DNA of 64,000 nucleotides from an uncultured Myxococcia bacterium (GTDB lineage Bacteria; Myxococcota_A; UBA9042; PHBI01): NCBI GenBank assembly GCA_942493285.1, contig OW818691.1, positions 7,126,484 to 7,190,483 of the forward strand, read 5' to 3'. Shown piece by piece: positions 47,019 to 56,757 of this stretch (position 1 is its first letter; each line of letters starts with the position of its first letter). The notes under the pieces were generated by a model. It saw only the letters and a program-made list of their open reading frames with translations, ran no database searches and was not told where the DNA came from. The position numbers and the translations under genes were made by a program.

Positions 47019-47148
47019 CCTGCCCGCGTGTCCGGACTGTTTCGGCCACGTAACGCGGCCCAGCGTCATCCTTGACGGCCCGCCGCCCCGGCTCGTAGGG
47101 TCCGCGGCTGCTGCGCTCGAACTCGGCAAAGGCATCAAAGGACACGAC

Positions 47149-47496
47149 GTGACGGATGACCTCGACACACGGGTAGCCCTCGTCCCTGGCGAAATCCTCA
47201 CCGCCGACGAGCTCGGCGACATCGCCATCAACGTGGGTCGCCTCCGCACCACCCTGCGCGTCGCCAACACGGGCGACCGCCCCGTCCAGGTCGGCTCGCA
47301 CTACCACTTCTTCGAGACCAACGCCGCGCTCGACTTCAACCGCGCCGCAGCACTCGGCATGCGGCTCGACATCGCCGCTGGCACGGCCGTCCGCTTCGAG
47401 CCCGGCCAGACCCGCGAGGTGACGCTCGTCGCATACGCCGGCCGCCGTCACGCCTACGGCTTCCAGGGACTCGTCATGGGCCCCATCGACTCCTGA
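47149..47496 (+). CDS. ureB: Urease beta subunit
   Basis: GTG start. …LVPGEIL…[15 protein letters not shown]… is the UreB signature. Confidence 0.85.
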   Translation: MTDDLDTRVALVPGEILTADELGDIAINVGRLRTTLRVANTGDRPVQVGSHYHFFETNAALDFNRAAALGMRLDIAAGTAVRFEPGQTREVTLVAYAGRRHAYGFQGLVMGPIDS

Positions 47497-47524
47497 GTCT
47501 CACCAGAGCCACCCGGAAGCCCAC

Positions 47525-49231
47525 ATGTCCTATATCGACCGCCGCGCCTACGCCGAGATGTACGGCCCCACCACCGGGGACCGGGTCCGCCTGGCCGACA
47601 CCGACCTCTGGATCCGCGTCGAAGACGACCTCACCACCTATGGGGAGGAGGTCAAGTTCGGCGGCGGCAAGGTCATCCGCGACGGCATGGGGCAGTCCCA
47701 GCTCACACGCGACAAGGTCGTCGACACGGTCATCACCAACGCGCTCATCGTCGACCACTGGGCTATCCTGAAGTGCGATATCGGCATCAAGGACGGGCGC
47801 ATCGTCGCACTCGGCAAGGCCGGCAACCCCGACACCCAGCCCGGCGTCGACATCCCCATCGGCGCCTCGACCGAGGTCATCGCGGGCGAAGGCCTCATCG
47901 CGACCCCGGGCTTCATCGACTCACACATCCACTTCATCTGCCCGCAGCAGATCGAAGAAGCCCTCTCGTCCGGCGTCACGACCATGCTCGGTGGCGGCAC
48001 AGGACCTGCGACCGGCACCAACGCGACGACCTGCACGCCCGGCAAATGGCACATCGCCAGAATGCTCCAGGCGGCCGATTCCTTTGCGATGAACATCGGG
48101 CTGCTCGGCAAGGGTAACGCGTCTCTGCCGGCCCCGCTGGAAGAACAGCTCCTCGCGGGCGCCATGGGGCTCAAGCTCCACGAGGACTGGGGCACGACCC
48201 CGCAGGCCATCGACACCTGCCTGTCGGTAGCGGATCGCTACGACGTCCAGGTCGCTATCCACACCGACACGCTCAACGAGTCGGGCTTCGTCGAGGACAC
48301 CGTCGCCGCCTTCAAAGGCCGCGCCATCCATACCTATCACACCGAGGGTGCAGGCGGCGGTCATGCGCCCGACATCATCAAGGTCGCCTCGTTGCCGAAC
48401 GTGCTCCCGAGCTCGACCAACCCGACGCGCCCCTACACCGTCAACACCGTCGACGAGCACCTCGACATGTTGATGGTCTGCCACCACCTCGACTCGGCCA
48501 TCGCCGAAGACGTGGCCTTCGCCGAGAGCCGTATCCGCCGCGAGACCATCGCCGCCGAAGACATCCTGCACGACCTCGGTGTCTTCTCCATGATCGCGTC
48601 CGACTCACAAGCCATGGGACGTGTCGGCGAGGTCGTCATCCGCACGCTGCAGACGGCCCACAAGATGCGTGTCCAACGCGGTGCCCTGCCCGAAGACAAA
48701 GGCAGTGGTGCCGACAACTTCCGGGTCAAACGTTACCTCGCGAAGATCGGCATCAACCCCGCCATCACCCACGGGATCGCCCACGAGGTCGGTAGCCTCG
48801 AGCGTGGCAAGCTGGCCGACATCGTGCTCTGGAAACCAGCCTTCTTCGGGGTGAAGCCGGCCATGGTCATCAAGGGCGGCGCCATCGCCTGGGCCCCGAT
48901 GGGCGACCCGAACGCGTCGATTCCGACCCCTCAGCCCGTCCATGGCCGCCCGATGTTCGGCAGCTTTGGAGCAGCCCGCCACGCTACCAACGTGACGTTT
49001 GTTTCGGCCGCCGCAATCGGCAACAACATCGCTGCCGAATACGGCCTACGCAAACGCCTCGTGGCCTGCCGCAACACCCGCACGCTCACCAAACGCGACC
49101 TCATCCACAACGGCGCAACGCCAAAAATCGAAGTTGACCCGCAGACTTATCGGGTCTTCGCCGATGGGGTCCACCTCGACTGCCTGCCGGCCAAGGTCCT
49201 CCCGATGGCGCAGCGCTACTTCCTCTTTTGA
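47525..49231 (+). CDS. ureC: Urease alpha subunit
   Basis: 568 aa. [28 protein letters not shown]…. Ni-site contexts ([11 protein letters not shown], …MVCHHLD…, carbamylated-Lys region KLHEDWG). Confidence 0.95.
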   Translation: MSYIDRRAYAEMYGPTTGDRVRLADTDLWIRVEDDLTTYGEEVKFGGGKVIRDGMGQSQLTRDKVVDTVITNALIVDHWAILKCDIGIKDGRIVALGKAGNPDTQPGVDIPIGASTEVIAGEGLIATPGFIDSHIHFICPQQIEEALSSGVTTMLGGGTGPATGTNATTCTPGKWHIARMLQAADSFAMNIGLLGKGNASLPAPLEEQLLAGAMGLKLHEDWGTTPQAIDTCLSVADRYDVQVAIHTDTLNESGFVEDTVAAFKGRAIHTYHTEGAGGGHAPDIIKVASLPNVLPSSTNPTRPYTVNTVDEHLDMLMVCHHLDSAIAEDVAFAESRIRRETIAAEDILHDLGVFSMIASDSQAMGRVGEVVIRTLQTAHKMRVQRGALPEDKGSGADNFRVKRYLAKIGINPAITHGIAHEVGSLERGKLADIVLWKPAFFGVKPAMVIKGGAIAWAPMGDPNASIPTPQPVHGRPMFGSFGAARHATNVTFVSAAAIGNNIAAEYGLRKRLVACRNTRTLTKRDLIHNGATPKIEVDPQTYRVFADGVHLDCLPAKVLPMAQRYFLF

Positions 49232-49242
49232 GTGAGCCGACC

Positions 49243-49788
49243 ATGACGAACCGCGTGACCCGTCGTTGCCCGCCGATCGCCGACCCCGTCCTCCCCGCAG
49301 ATGCCGCTCTGCCGGAAGTCTGGCTCGACTTCGACGAGCGCCAGAAGCGCCGACTCATCACGGCCCTGACCCAGCCCGACGGCTCGAGCCACGAGCTCCA
49401 CATCCAGCTCGAACGGGTCGAGACCCCGCTCACGGACGGTGAGCTCCTCGCCGACGAGACCGGGCAATTCAGCGTCCGGGTCCGCGCGAAACCCGAACCG
49501 CTGCTGTCGTGTAGCGGCTCGCAGCACGCCCTTACCCGCGCCGCCTACCACCTTGGGAATCGCCACGCCAAGGTGCAGATCACCCCGTCCGCAGTGCTCA
49601 CCCCCGCCGACCCGGTGATGGCCCAGATGCTCTCTCAGCTCGGTCTCGACGTCCACGAGGTCTCGGCCCCCTTCCTGCCCGAGGTCGGCGCCTACCATCA
49701 CAGCCATGGCCACGGGCACGACCACGACGAGGCCCACCATCACGGACATGGCACCGCGAAGATCCACCGCTTCGTCATGCGCCCGTGA
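49243..49788 (+). CDS. ureE: Urease accessory protein UreE (His-rich C-terminus)
   Basis: ATG at 49243 (a TTG at 49228 overlapping the ureC stop is an alternative). C-terminal HHSHGHGHDHDEAHHHGHG metal-binding tail. Position between ureC and ureF. Confidence 0.75.
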   Translation: MTNRVTRRCPPIADPVLPADAALPEVWLDFDERQKRRLITALTQPDGSSHELHIQLERVETPLTDGELLADETGQFSVRVRAKPEPLLSCSGSQHALTRAAYHLGNRHAKVQITPSAVLTPADPVMAQMLSQLGLDVHEVSAPFLPEVGAYHHSHGHGHDHDEAHHHGHGTAKIHRFVMRP

Positions 49789-50471
49789 GCCTGCAAACCC
49801 TCCAGACCCTCCAACTCCTCCAGGTGTTGCGCCTCGCCAGCCCGGCGCTGCCCGTCGGCGCCTTCGCCTATTCGGGTGGCCTCGAGAGCGCCATCGACGA
49901 AGGCCTCGTCGACAAGTCCAGCGCACGCCGGTGGCTCGACGACGCTCTGCTCCTCGCCCAGGCCCGCTGGGATGCGCCCGTCCTCTGGCGCTTTCTCCAT
50001 GCCGACGACGCGGCGTTCGCCTACTGGAACACTCGCTACATCGCGAGCCGTGAGACCCGCGAGCTCCGCCTCGAGACGCTCCAGCTCGGCGGCTCTCTGG
50101 CAAAGCTCATGCGCGACCTCGACCCCACCGTCACCCCGCCCACGCCCGCCACGCCCGCCCCGCCGACTCCAGAGCTGTCCTTCCCAGCAGCCTGGGCGCT
50201 GGCCTCACGCGCCTGGCAGATCGCCCCCGACGCAAGCCTCACCGGCTGGCTCATGGCCTTCACCGAAAACCAGATCGCCGTCCTCCAGAAGGCTCTCCCG
50301 CTCGGCCAGGTCGCCGCTCAGCGCCTCCTCTCCGAGGTACTCCCCACCATCGAGTCCGCCGCCGCCATCGCCACCTCGCTGCCCGACGAGTCGCTCAGCT
50401 CATCGCTGCCCGGGCTCGCCCTGCTCTCGGCCCGCCACGAGACCCAATACAGCCGCCTGTTTCGAAGTTGA
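49785..50471 (+). CDS. ureF: Urease accessory protein UreF
   Basis: 228 aa. …LQLLQVLRLASPALPVGAFAYSGGLE… is the UreF N-terminal motif. ATGA overlap with ureE. Confidence 0.8.
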   Translation: MSLQTLQTLQLLQVLRLASPALPVGAFAYSGGLESAIDEGLVDKSSARRWLDDALLLAQARWDAPVLWRFLHADDAAFAYWNTRYIASRETRELRLETLQLGGSLAKLMRDLDPTVTPPTPATPAPPTPELSFPAAWALASRAWQIAPDASLTGWLMAFTENQIAVLQKALPLGQVAAQRLLSEVLPTIESAAAIATSLPDESLSSSLPGLALLSARHETQYSRLFRS

Positions 50472-50530
50472 ACGCTCGGCCTCTCCGATCGAACGCACCC
50501 CCATAAAAATCTCGACCATCAAGTAACTCG

Positions 50531-51139
50531 ATGACCAAGACAAACCAAACCCTCCGCGTCGGCATCGGCGGCCCCGTCGGCTCCGGCAAGACGGCGCTCC
50601 TGCTTGCCCTCTGCAAGGCCTTGCGCGACCGCTGGCACCTGGCCGTCGTGACGAACGATATCTACACCCGCGAGGACGCCGACTTCCTCGTGCGTAACGA
50701 CGCGCTCACCGCCGACCGGATCCTGGGTGTCGAAACGGGCGGCTGCCCCCACACGGCTATCCGCGAAGACGCCAGCATCAACCTGCAGGCCGTCGACGAG
50801 CTCATGTCGCGCTTTGGCAACCTCGACCTCGTCTTCGTCGAGTCGGGGGGCGACAACCTCGCCGCGACCTTCTCGCCCGAGCTCTCGGACGTGACCCTCT
50901 ACGTCATCGACGTGGCGGCCGGCGACAAGATCCCACGCAAGGGCGGCCCCGGCATCGTCAAGAGCGATCTGCTCGTCATCAACAAGACCGACCTCGCCCC
51001 GATGGTCGGCGCCGACCTCGGCGTCATGGCCACCGACGCCAAACGGATGCGCGGCCCTCGCCCCTTCACCTTCACCAACCTCAAGACCGGCGACGGCCTC
51101 CCCGCCGTCATCGCCTTCCTCGAGCGCCACCTCACCTGA
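50531..51139 (+). CDS. ureG: Urease accessory GTPase UreG
   Basis: 202 aa. [17 protein letters not shown]-loop. …[13 protein letters not shown]… CPH metal motif. …ESGGDNL…. Confidence 0.95.
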   Translation: MTKTNQTLRVGIGGPVGSGKTALLLALCKALRDRWHLAVVTNDIYTREDADFLVRNDALTADRILGVETGGCPHTAIREDASINLQAVDELMSRFGNLDLVFVESGGDNLAATFSPELSDVTLYVIDVAAGDKIPRKGGPGIVKSDLLVINKTDLAPMVGADLGVMATDAKRMRGPRPFTFTNLKTGDGLPAVIAFLERHLT

Positions 51140-51275
51140 CGTCCCACGGGCGGCCGTCCACAATAGAATGTGGAAACGCCCGTGGGACGTCGCCGTATCG
51201 GTCGCCTGCTACGGCCCGCTCCGCCGCGGGCCTGCGGCAGGCGACCTGCCGTTTCCACCTGAGAGACCCGACCCC

Positions 51276-51806
51276 ATGAACACCACCTTCGACCTCGCTC
51301 TCCACCTCGCCCACATCAGCCCCGACCACGGCCTCGTCGGTGGCCTGCTCCATCCATTGCTCGGCCTCGACCACCTGCTCGCCATGGTCGCTGTCGGCCT
51401 CATCGCGGCTCAACAAACAGGCCCGAACCGACTCACCGCCCCGCTCACCTTCATGCTCGCCATGACGCTGGGCTTCGCCCTGGCCGCGACCGGCCTCGCC
51501 CTGCCGCTCCCGATCGAAGCCTCCATCATCGCCTCGGTCGTCCTGCTCGGTCTCGCGGCGGCATTCGCCAGCCGACTCCATCCAGCCATTCTCACCGCCC
51601 TCATCGCCTTGTCAGCCGTCGTCCACGGCCAGGCACACGGCGCCGAAGCCATCGCCCCGCTCGCCCCCTATGCCCTCGGCATGCTGCTCATGACCGCCGC
51701 TCTCCATGCCGCCGGCATCGCGTTCGCACACTTCGCCACCCGCCAAATCGTCACCCTCAGCGGCCTTGGCATCGCCGCCACCGGCCTCGTGCTCGCCTTC
51801 GCCTGA
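51276..51806 (+). CDS. hupE: HupE/UreJ-family nickel transporter
   Basis: ATG at 51276. 176 aa with 6 TM helices. N-terminal His motif (HLAHISPDHG…HPLLGLDHL), Ala/Gly-rich helices typical of HupE/UreJ. Sits at the end of the urease operon. Confidence 0.75.
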   Translation: MNTTFDLALHLAHISPDHGLVGGLLHPLLGLDHLLAMVAVGLIAAQQTGPNRLTAPLTFMLAMTLGFALAATGLALPLPIEASIIASVVLLGLAAAFASRLHPAILTALIALSAVVHGQAHGAEAIAPLAPYALGMLLMTAALHAAGIAFAHFATRQIVTLSGLGIAATGLVLAFA

Positions 51807-51945
51807 ACGCCACCTATCCCCATTCGCCTCGACTCTGAGCTCGGCTCGATCTCCTTCGCCGGCTGGGCGCCGACACCGGAAGCGGCGCGAACCCGCCTTG
51901 ACAGTCAAACTGCTTCAGGCTTTGTTGCAGGCATAGAGGCACAAG

Positions 51946-53010
51946 ATGACGACACTGACACGATGGCTGCTCACCCTTGCTCTTTGGCTCACTCCTTCGC
52001 TGGCGTTCGCCCAGGAGTGGACTGCGACCTTCACCTTGGAAAGCATCGGCAACCAGCGCCTGGGCAGCGAAAAGAAGCTCCTGCTCGCGGTCGCGGGGCA
52101 GGGCTCCCCAGAGTTGAGCTCCGCCGCTCTCGCCTTGCGCGGCGCCCTCGAAGGTCTGCCCGACGCCTTTGTGAAGGAGGTCCGGGAAAAGAGCTTCGAG
52201 ACCGATGACGACATCGCCATCGCCAAGACCTCGACCTCGTTTGGCCAGGCGGACGCGGTCTTCGTGCTGCGGGTCTTCGAGGGAACCCCTCCCACGGCGG
52301 TGGTCTCCGTGATGCGCCAGGATGGGACGCTCAAGAGGGCCTTCACCGCGAAAGCCGGCATGGCGGTCGCCGGTCGCGCGAGCACCGCGGGTGAGGGCGC
52401 CAATGAGCAGCAGCTCGCTCGCGTCGACGAGGTCACGAAAGAAGGCGCAAAGACCGCCGAGAAGTCCGACAATGCCTACAAAGAGAAAGCGATCTTCATC
52501 GGTACTCCGGTCGCCATGATCTCCAAAGGCCAGGAAGAGGCAACCTTCGTAGTCGGCCAGACCCAGCTCTACCAGGGCGGCGAGGTCATCCCCGACGAGC
52601 CGGCCCTCTACCGGGCCATCGGGCGGCCCGACCTCGCGGCCTCGTACGAGTCGTCAGACAACACCAAAGACATCGTCACGATCGGGGGGCTCGTCGTGCT
52701 CGGGGTGGGCTCGCTCATGCTCCTCATCGGGGCCAACAACCTGTCCACGTCGGTCGAGGACGGCTCCGTCGACACGAGCCTGCTCGTCGCCGGCTGCGTT
52801 GTCGGGAGTGTCGGCGTCATTTCGTACCTCGTCGGCAATGGGCTCGACCCCTCGCCGGTCTCCGACGAAGAGCTGCGAGGCCTCGTTCGCGGCTACAACA
52901 AGAAGCTGCGCGTCGAGCATGGTGTGGAAGAAGCGAGCACCATGCGCGTGCGCCTCGGCATGTCGGCCTCTCAGCACGGTGTCGGCCTGCGCGTCTCGGG
53001 GGCCTTTTGA
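51946..53010 (+). CDS. Hypothetical secreted protein with C-terminal TM anchor
   Basis: 354 aa. Signal peptide MTTLTRWLLTLALWLTPSLAFA. Hydrophobic segments near the C-terminus (IVTIGGLVVLGVGSLMLLIG…LLVAGCVVGSVGVISYLVG). Stop overlaps the next gene start (ATGA). Confidence 0.45.
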   Translation: MTTLTRWLLTLALWLTPSLAFAQEWTATFTLESIGNQRLGSEKKLLLAVAGQGSPELSSAALALRGALEGLPDAFVKEVREKSFETDDDIAIAKTSTSFGQADAVFVLRVFEGTPPTAVVSVMRQDGTLKRAFTAKAGMAVAGRASTAGEGANEQQLARVDEVTKEGAKTAEKSDNAYKEKAIFIGTPVAMISKGQEEATFVVGQTQLYQGGEVIPDEPALYRAIGRPDLAASYESSDNTKDIVTIGGLVVLGVGSLMLLIGANNLSTSVEDGSVDTSLLVAGCVVGSVGVISYLVGNGLDPSPVSDEELRGLVRGYNKKLRVEHGVEEASTMRVRLGMSASQHGVGLRVSGAF

Positions 53011-53828
53011 TGGGGCCGCTCGTCGCAGCGTGTTTCGCGCTGGCGATCAGCGCCGAGGTGGACCCGCTGCTCACGCTCGAAACGCGCCAACAGGAGCTCT
53101 TCGCGAAGACCGCCCCGAGCGTCGTCTTCATCTCGGCCGGTGACAGCTTCGGCTCGGGCTTCTTCGTAAATCCGCGCGGCCTCATCCTCACGAACGCCCA
53201 TGTGGTCGGCAAGAAGAAGGTCGTCGACGTGGTGTTGCACGACGGACGCCGCTTGCCAGGCGACGTCATCGAGCTCGCGGCTGACGGCACCGATCTGGCG
53301 CTGGTCCAGGTCGACCAGAAAGGCAACCCGGCCCTCTCGCTTGCCCTTGCCCACGACCTGAAGGTCGGGAGCTGGGTCGCCTCGGTGGGCCATGGCGGCG
53401 GCGGGATCTGGTCCTTCAATGTCGGCATGATCTCCAATATCTATGCGGTGGCTGGCGAGCGCCCCATCGTCCAGACCCAGATTCCGCTGCACCCCGGCAA
53501 CTCGGGCGGGCCTATCATCGACCGCCAGGGGCGCGTCGTCGCCGTCATCAACCGCGGCAAGGCCGACTCGAACGCCATCAACTTCGCCATCCTGATCGGC
53601 GACGCCTTCGAGCGCCTCTCAAAGCTCGACGCTCCCTGCGCGTGCCTGCGCATCATGGCCCCACCCAAGGTTCCGGTCTTCATCGACGGACAGATGGTCG
53701 GAGCCGGCCCACGTGTGGTCGCTCCTATCAGTGCGACGCCGCGCGAAGTGAGCGCAGTGGTCGGCGGAGCACTCAAGGTGAAGACGGTCGAGCCCTCCGC
53801 CACGACCCTCGACCTGACCACCCCCTGA
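53007..53828 (+). CDS. Secreted S1 trypsin-like serine protease (no PDZ domain)
   Basis: 273 aa. LILTNAHVVG (His), TDLALVQV (Asp), GNSGGPIID (Ser). Signal-like N-terminus. Paralogous in motif context to the C-domain of 28548-30035. Confidence 0.7.
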   Translation: MMGPLVAACFALAISAEVDPLLTLETRQQELFAKTAPSVVFISAGDSFGSGFFVNPRGLILTNAHVVGKKKVVDVVLHDGRRLPGDVIELAADGTDLALVQVDQKGNPALSLALAHDLKVGSWVASVGHGGGGIWSFNVGMISNIYAVAGERPIVQTQIPLHPGNSGGPIIDRQGRVVAVINRGKADSNAINFAILIGDAFERLSKLDAPCACLRIMAPPKVPVFIDGQMVGAGPRVVAPISATPREVSAVVGGALKVKTVEPSATTLDLTTP

Positions 53829-53987
53829 GGCAGGCCCACCGATCGGGCGCCGAAGTGCGGACCCACGCATTGACTGCGACCGACCTCGTCCACGCGGGAC
53901 ACATCGCGTCGCCTGGGTGGTTGTTCGAGTCGACGGCCACGGTGGCGCGAACACACCGGCCATGGTCCCGCCGACCAATCCCATGCT

Positions 53988-54959
53988 ATGGCCCAGCGCG
54001 TGACCCGACGGGACCGACACGACACAGCTCCGAACGCCGACGCGGCCGAACCGACCCCGACCTGGGTTGGCCCAAGCCCATTCTGGCGCCTCAAGCTCGC
54101 CCTCGACGACGCGTTCTTCGCCGCTTCGAGCCTCGCGTCGGTAGCGGCCTTCTACCTCGACCCGGCCCTGCGTCGCCTCGTCGCCGAGAACCGCCACCTG
54201 CACAATCGCCACCTCGGCGAGCGCTGCTTCATCCTCGGCACCTCGCCGTCCATCGCCGAACAAGACCTCGCCCCGCTCGCGAACGAGCACACCATCGCGG
54301 TCAACTTCTTCTATCACCACCCGCAGGCCGCGCTCGTCCGCCCGGCCACCTGGGTCATCCAGGACAAACGCCTCTGGCGCGGCGGCTGGCCGACCCGCCT
54401 CATCCCGCCCGACACGACCTATCCCGCCGGAATGATCGACGCCATCACCGCGTGCTCGCCGGACACCCGATTCTTCCTCCACGGTGACGGGCGCAACGAC
54501 CCGGCTCTCACCCGCGCCCTCGGCGCGCGTCCCGCCCACTGGCTCGCCGGACGTTCGCTGTTCTATCGGCAGTTCCGTGGCCCCGCGTCGCCCGACGGCC
54601 CCGGCGCCCGCGGCAACGTCATGCAGACCGCCTTGACCATCGCGGCCTTCCTCGGCTTCTCCGAGGTCTATCTACTCGGCATCAGCCTCGATGGCCTCAT
54701 TCGCGACGTGCTCGGCCAACCCGTCCACTTCTATGACGCGCCATCCACACCCGCCCCGCGCCCGTCCCACTCGCTCGAGTTCGACCACCTGCTCACGGGC
54801 TACATGATTCGTGGCTGGCGGGGCCTCGCCGATCACTATCGCCGTCTCGGGCACCCCACCGTCGTCAACCTGACCCCGGACGGATTCCTCGACATGTTCC
54901 CACGCCAGACCCTCGACTCGGTCCTAGCCCTTCCACGCCCCACCCGGGCTGCCCCATGA
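53988..54959 (+). CDS. MptE-like/Maf (DUF115, PF01973-type) domain protein, putative glycosyl-/sugar-transferase
   Basis: 323 aa. …HLGERCFILGTSPSIAEQDL… resembles the family GxxPS motif region. …SEVYLLGISLDG… resembles the second conserved block. Assignment by recollection of family motifs. Confidence 0.45.
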   Translation: MAQRVTRRDRHDTAPNADAAEPTPTWVGPSPFWRLKLALDDAFFAASSLASVAAFYLDPALRRLVAENRHLHNRHLGERCFILGTSPSIAEQDLAPLANEHTIAVNFFYHHPQAALVRPATWVIQDKRLWRGGWPTRLIPPDTTYPAGMIDAITACSPDTRFFLHGDGRNDPALTRALGARPAHWLAGRSLFYRQFRGPASPDGPGARGNVMQTALTIAAFLGFSEVYLLGISLDGLIRDVLGQPVHFYDAPSTPAPRPSHSLEFDHLLTGYMIRGWRGLADHYRRLGHPTVVNLTPDGFLDMFPRQTLDSVLALPRPTRAAP

Positions 54960-56626
54960 CCACGTCGCCGACCACCCCAACGATTCCAACCACCCCAACC
55001 GGCCCGACCACGACCAGCCTGCTCTCCCCAACCACCGCCCGCATCCTGCTCGCGGCCCTCGTCGTCGGTACGCTCGCCATCTTCGCTCTCGTCCTCATCG
55101 GTGGCCACGTCTTCATCCCTGACGACGTCTACTTCTACCTCCAGATCGCCGACAACCTCGCCCTTGGCCACGGCAGCACCTTCAACGGTCTGCAGATGAC
55201 CAACGGCTACCACCCGTCCTGGATGGGCGTCTGCGTCGCCCTGCGAGCCCTCGTCGGCGACGACCCCGCGACCCGCATCACCGCACTGTTCGTGGTCGTG
55301 GCGCTCGGCAACCTCGTCGCCCTCGGTCTCACCTGGCGCCTCACGAAACGCCTGAACATCCACGTCGGCCTCGGCGCCCTCGTCGTCATCGCCTACGCCT
55401 CGCTCAACGCTCTCGGCAGCGAGTTCCACCTGAGCCTCCCGCTCCTGCTCGTCGCCGTCCACCTGGCCCTCTCGCGCCCCTGGACCACCGCTCCAACCCC
55501 GCTCGGCTCCGCCCTCCACCTCATCGGCTTTGGCATCCTGCTCGGCCTCACCGTGCTGGCGCGCCTCGACAACGTCTTCGCCGTCTTCGCGCTCGGCCTC
55601 GCCGCCGCCATCTCCCCTCGAGCCCCCCTCACGACAACGGCAACCCGCCTCGTCGCCATTGGTCTCGGCGCCGTGCTCACCCTCGGCCCCTACCTCGTGT
55701 CCAATCTCATCGAGTTCGGCCACCTCGTCCCCATCAGCGGCTCCGTCAAGTCCGGCCTCGCGGACCTCGTCGGCTTCAACCCCGGCAAGCTCGGACTCCA
55801 GGCCTGGACGCTCCTCGCCTTCGCCGCCGTCGCCCCCCTCGTCTGGTATCGCATCGGCAGACGCACGGGCGACTTCGCAGTCTTCTTCTTCACGCTCGGC
55901 GCACTCGCCCACGGCCTCTACATCCTCTTCTTCCTCGAGTCGGTGTGGACCTGGTACTTCGCCACCGAGCTCATCAGCGTGGCTCTCACCCTCGACGCCC
56001 TCGCCTCCTCCGCCACACGTCGCCTCGCCCCCAACGTCACCCGCCTCATCGGCCCGGCCGTCATCGCGCTGAGCCTCCTTACGCTCGGGGCCATCGCCTG
56101 GCGCAACCTCGGCGTCGTCCGCGGCGACTCACACCGCTGGTATCTCGACGCCGCGGCCTGGGTCGACGCCACCGTCCCTCCCGACGGCGCGGTCGCCATC
56201 ACCAACTCACCGGGCTCGATCGCCTACTTCAGCCATCGTCCAATCGTGGCCCTCGACGGCCTGACGGGCGACTTCCAGTTCCACCATCGCGCCGCTGCAG
56301 TCGGCCTGCATCAGGCCCTGGCCGAGCTCGGCGTCACCCACGTCGTCACCATGGGCCCTGGCTCTCCCTCGCTCGGTGAGTGGATCGACAAGACCCGCCT
56401 CATCGGGCACGGCGGCGAAGGCCCCACCTTCGCTGGTGAGGTCCGCCCCGACGGCACGGCCACCCCAACAGCCGTCGGCCTCTACTCCGGCATCGTCAGA
56501 AGCAACGTCGGCTGGTTGTCGACCGACCCGACGCACTTTGTGAGCCAATGCAAATGCGGCTTTGGCATGTGGCGACTCGCGCCTGGCGCTCCTGATACCC
56601 GATCCGTTCCGTCGCGAATTCCGTAA
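54956..56626 (+). CDS. Polytopic membrane protein with C-terminal periplasmic domain (GT-C-fold glycosyltransferase-like)
   Basis: 556 aa. ATGA overlap with the upstream gene. Thr/Pro-rich N-terminus, about 11 TM helices, first loop …FYLQIADNLALGHGSTFNG…TNGYHPSW…, and a soluble ~150-aa C-domain. Function inferred only from topology. Confidence 0.45.
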   Translation: MTTSPTTPTIPTTPTGPTTTSLLSPTTARILLAALVVGTLAIFALVLIGGHVFIPDDVYFYLQIADNLALGHGSTFNGLQMTNGYHPSWMGVCVALRALVGDDPATRITALFVVVALGNLVALGLTWRLTKRLNIHVGLGALVVIAYASLNALGSEFHLSLPLLLVAVHLALSRPWTTAPTPLGSALHLIGFGILLGLTVLARLDNVFAVFALGLAAAISPRAPLTTTATRLVAIGLGAVLTLGPYLVSNLIEFGHLVPISGSVKSGLADLVGFNPGKLGLQAWTLLAFAAVAPLVWYRIGRRTGDFAVFFFTLGALAHGLYILFFLESVWTWYFATELISVALTLDALASSATRRLAPNVTRLIGPAVIALSLLTLGAIAWRNLGVVRGDSHRWYLDAAAWVDATVPPDGAVAITNSPGSIAYFSHRPIVALDGLTGDFQFHHRAAAVGLHQALAELGVTHVVTMGPGSPSLGEWIDKTRLIGHGGEGPTFAGEVRPDGTATPTAVGLYSGIVRSNVGWLSTDPTHFVSQCKCGFGMWRLAPGAPDTRSVPSRIP

Positions 56627-56757
56627 TCAACCCGGTTACTCGCGCACGTCACGATGTGCGCCCCTGATTGGCGACGCAACGCCCTGATGCTAGCCTGCAC
56701 AGACCTCATCCTGGCGCTGCGCGGCGCCTCTCCGTACAGACTCAGGGCCCCACTCCC

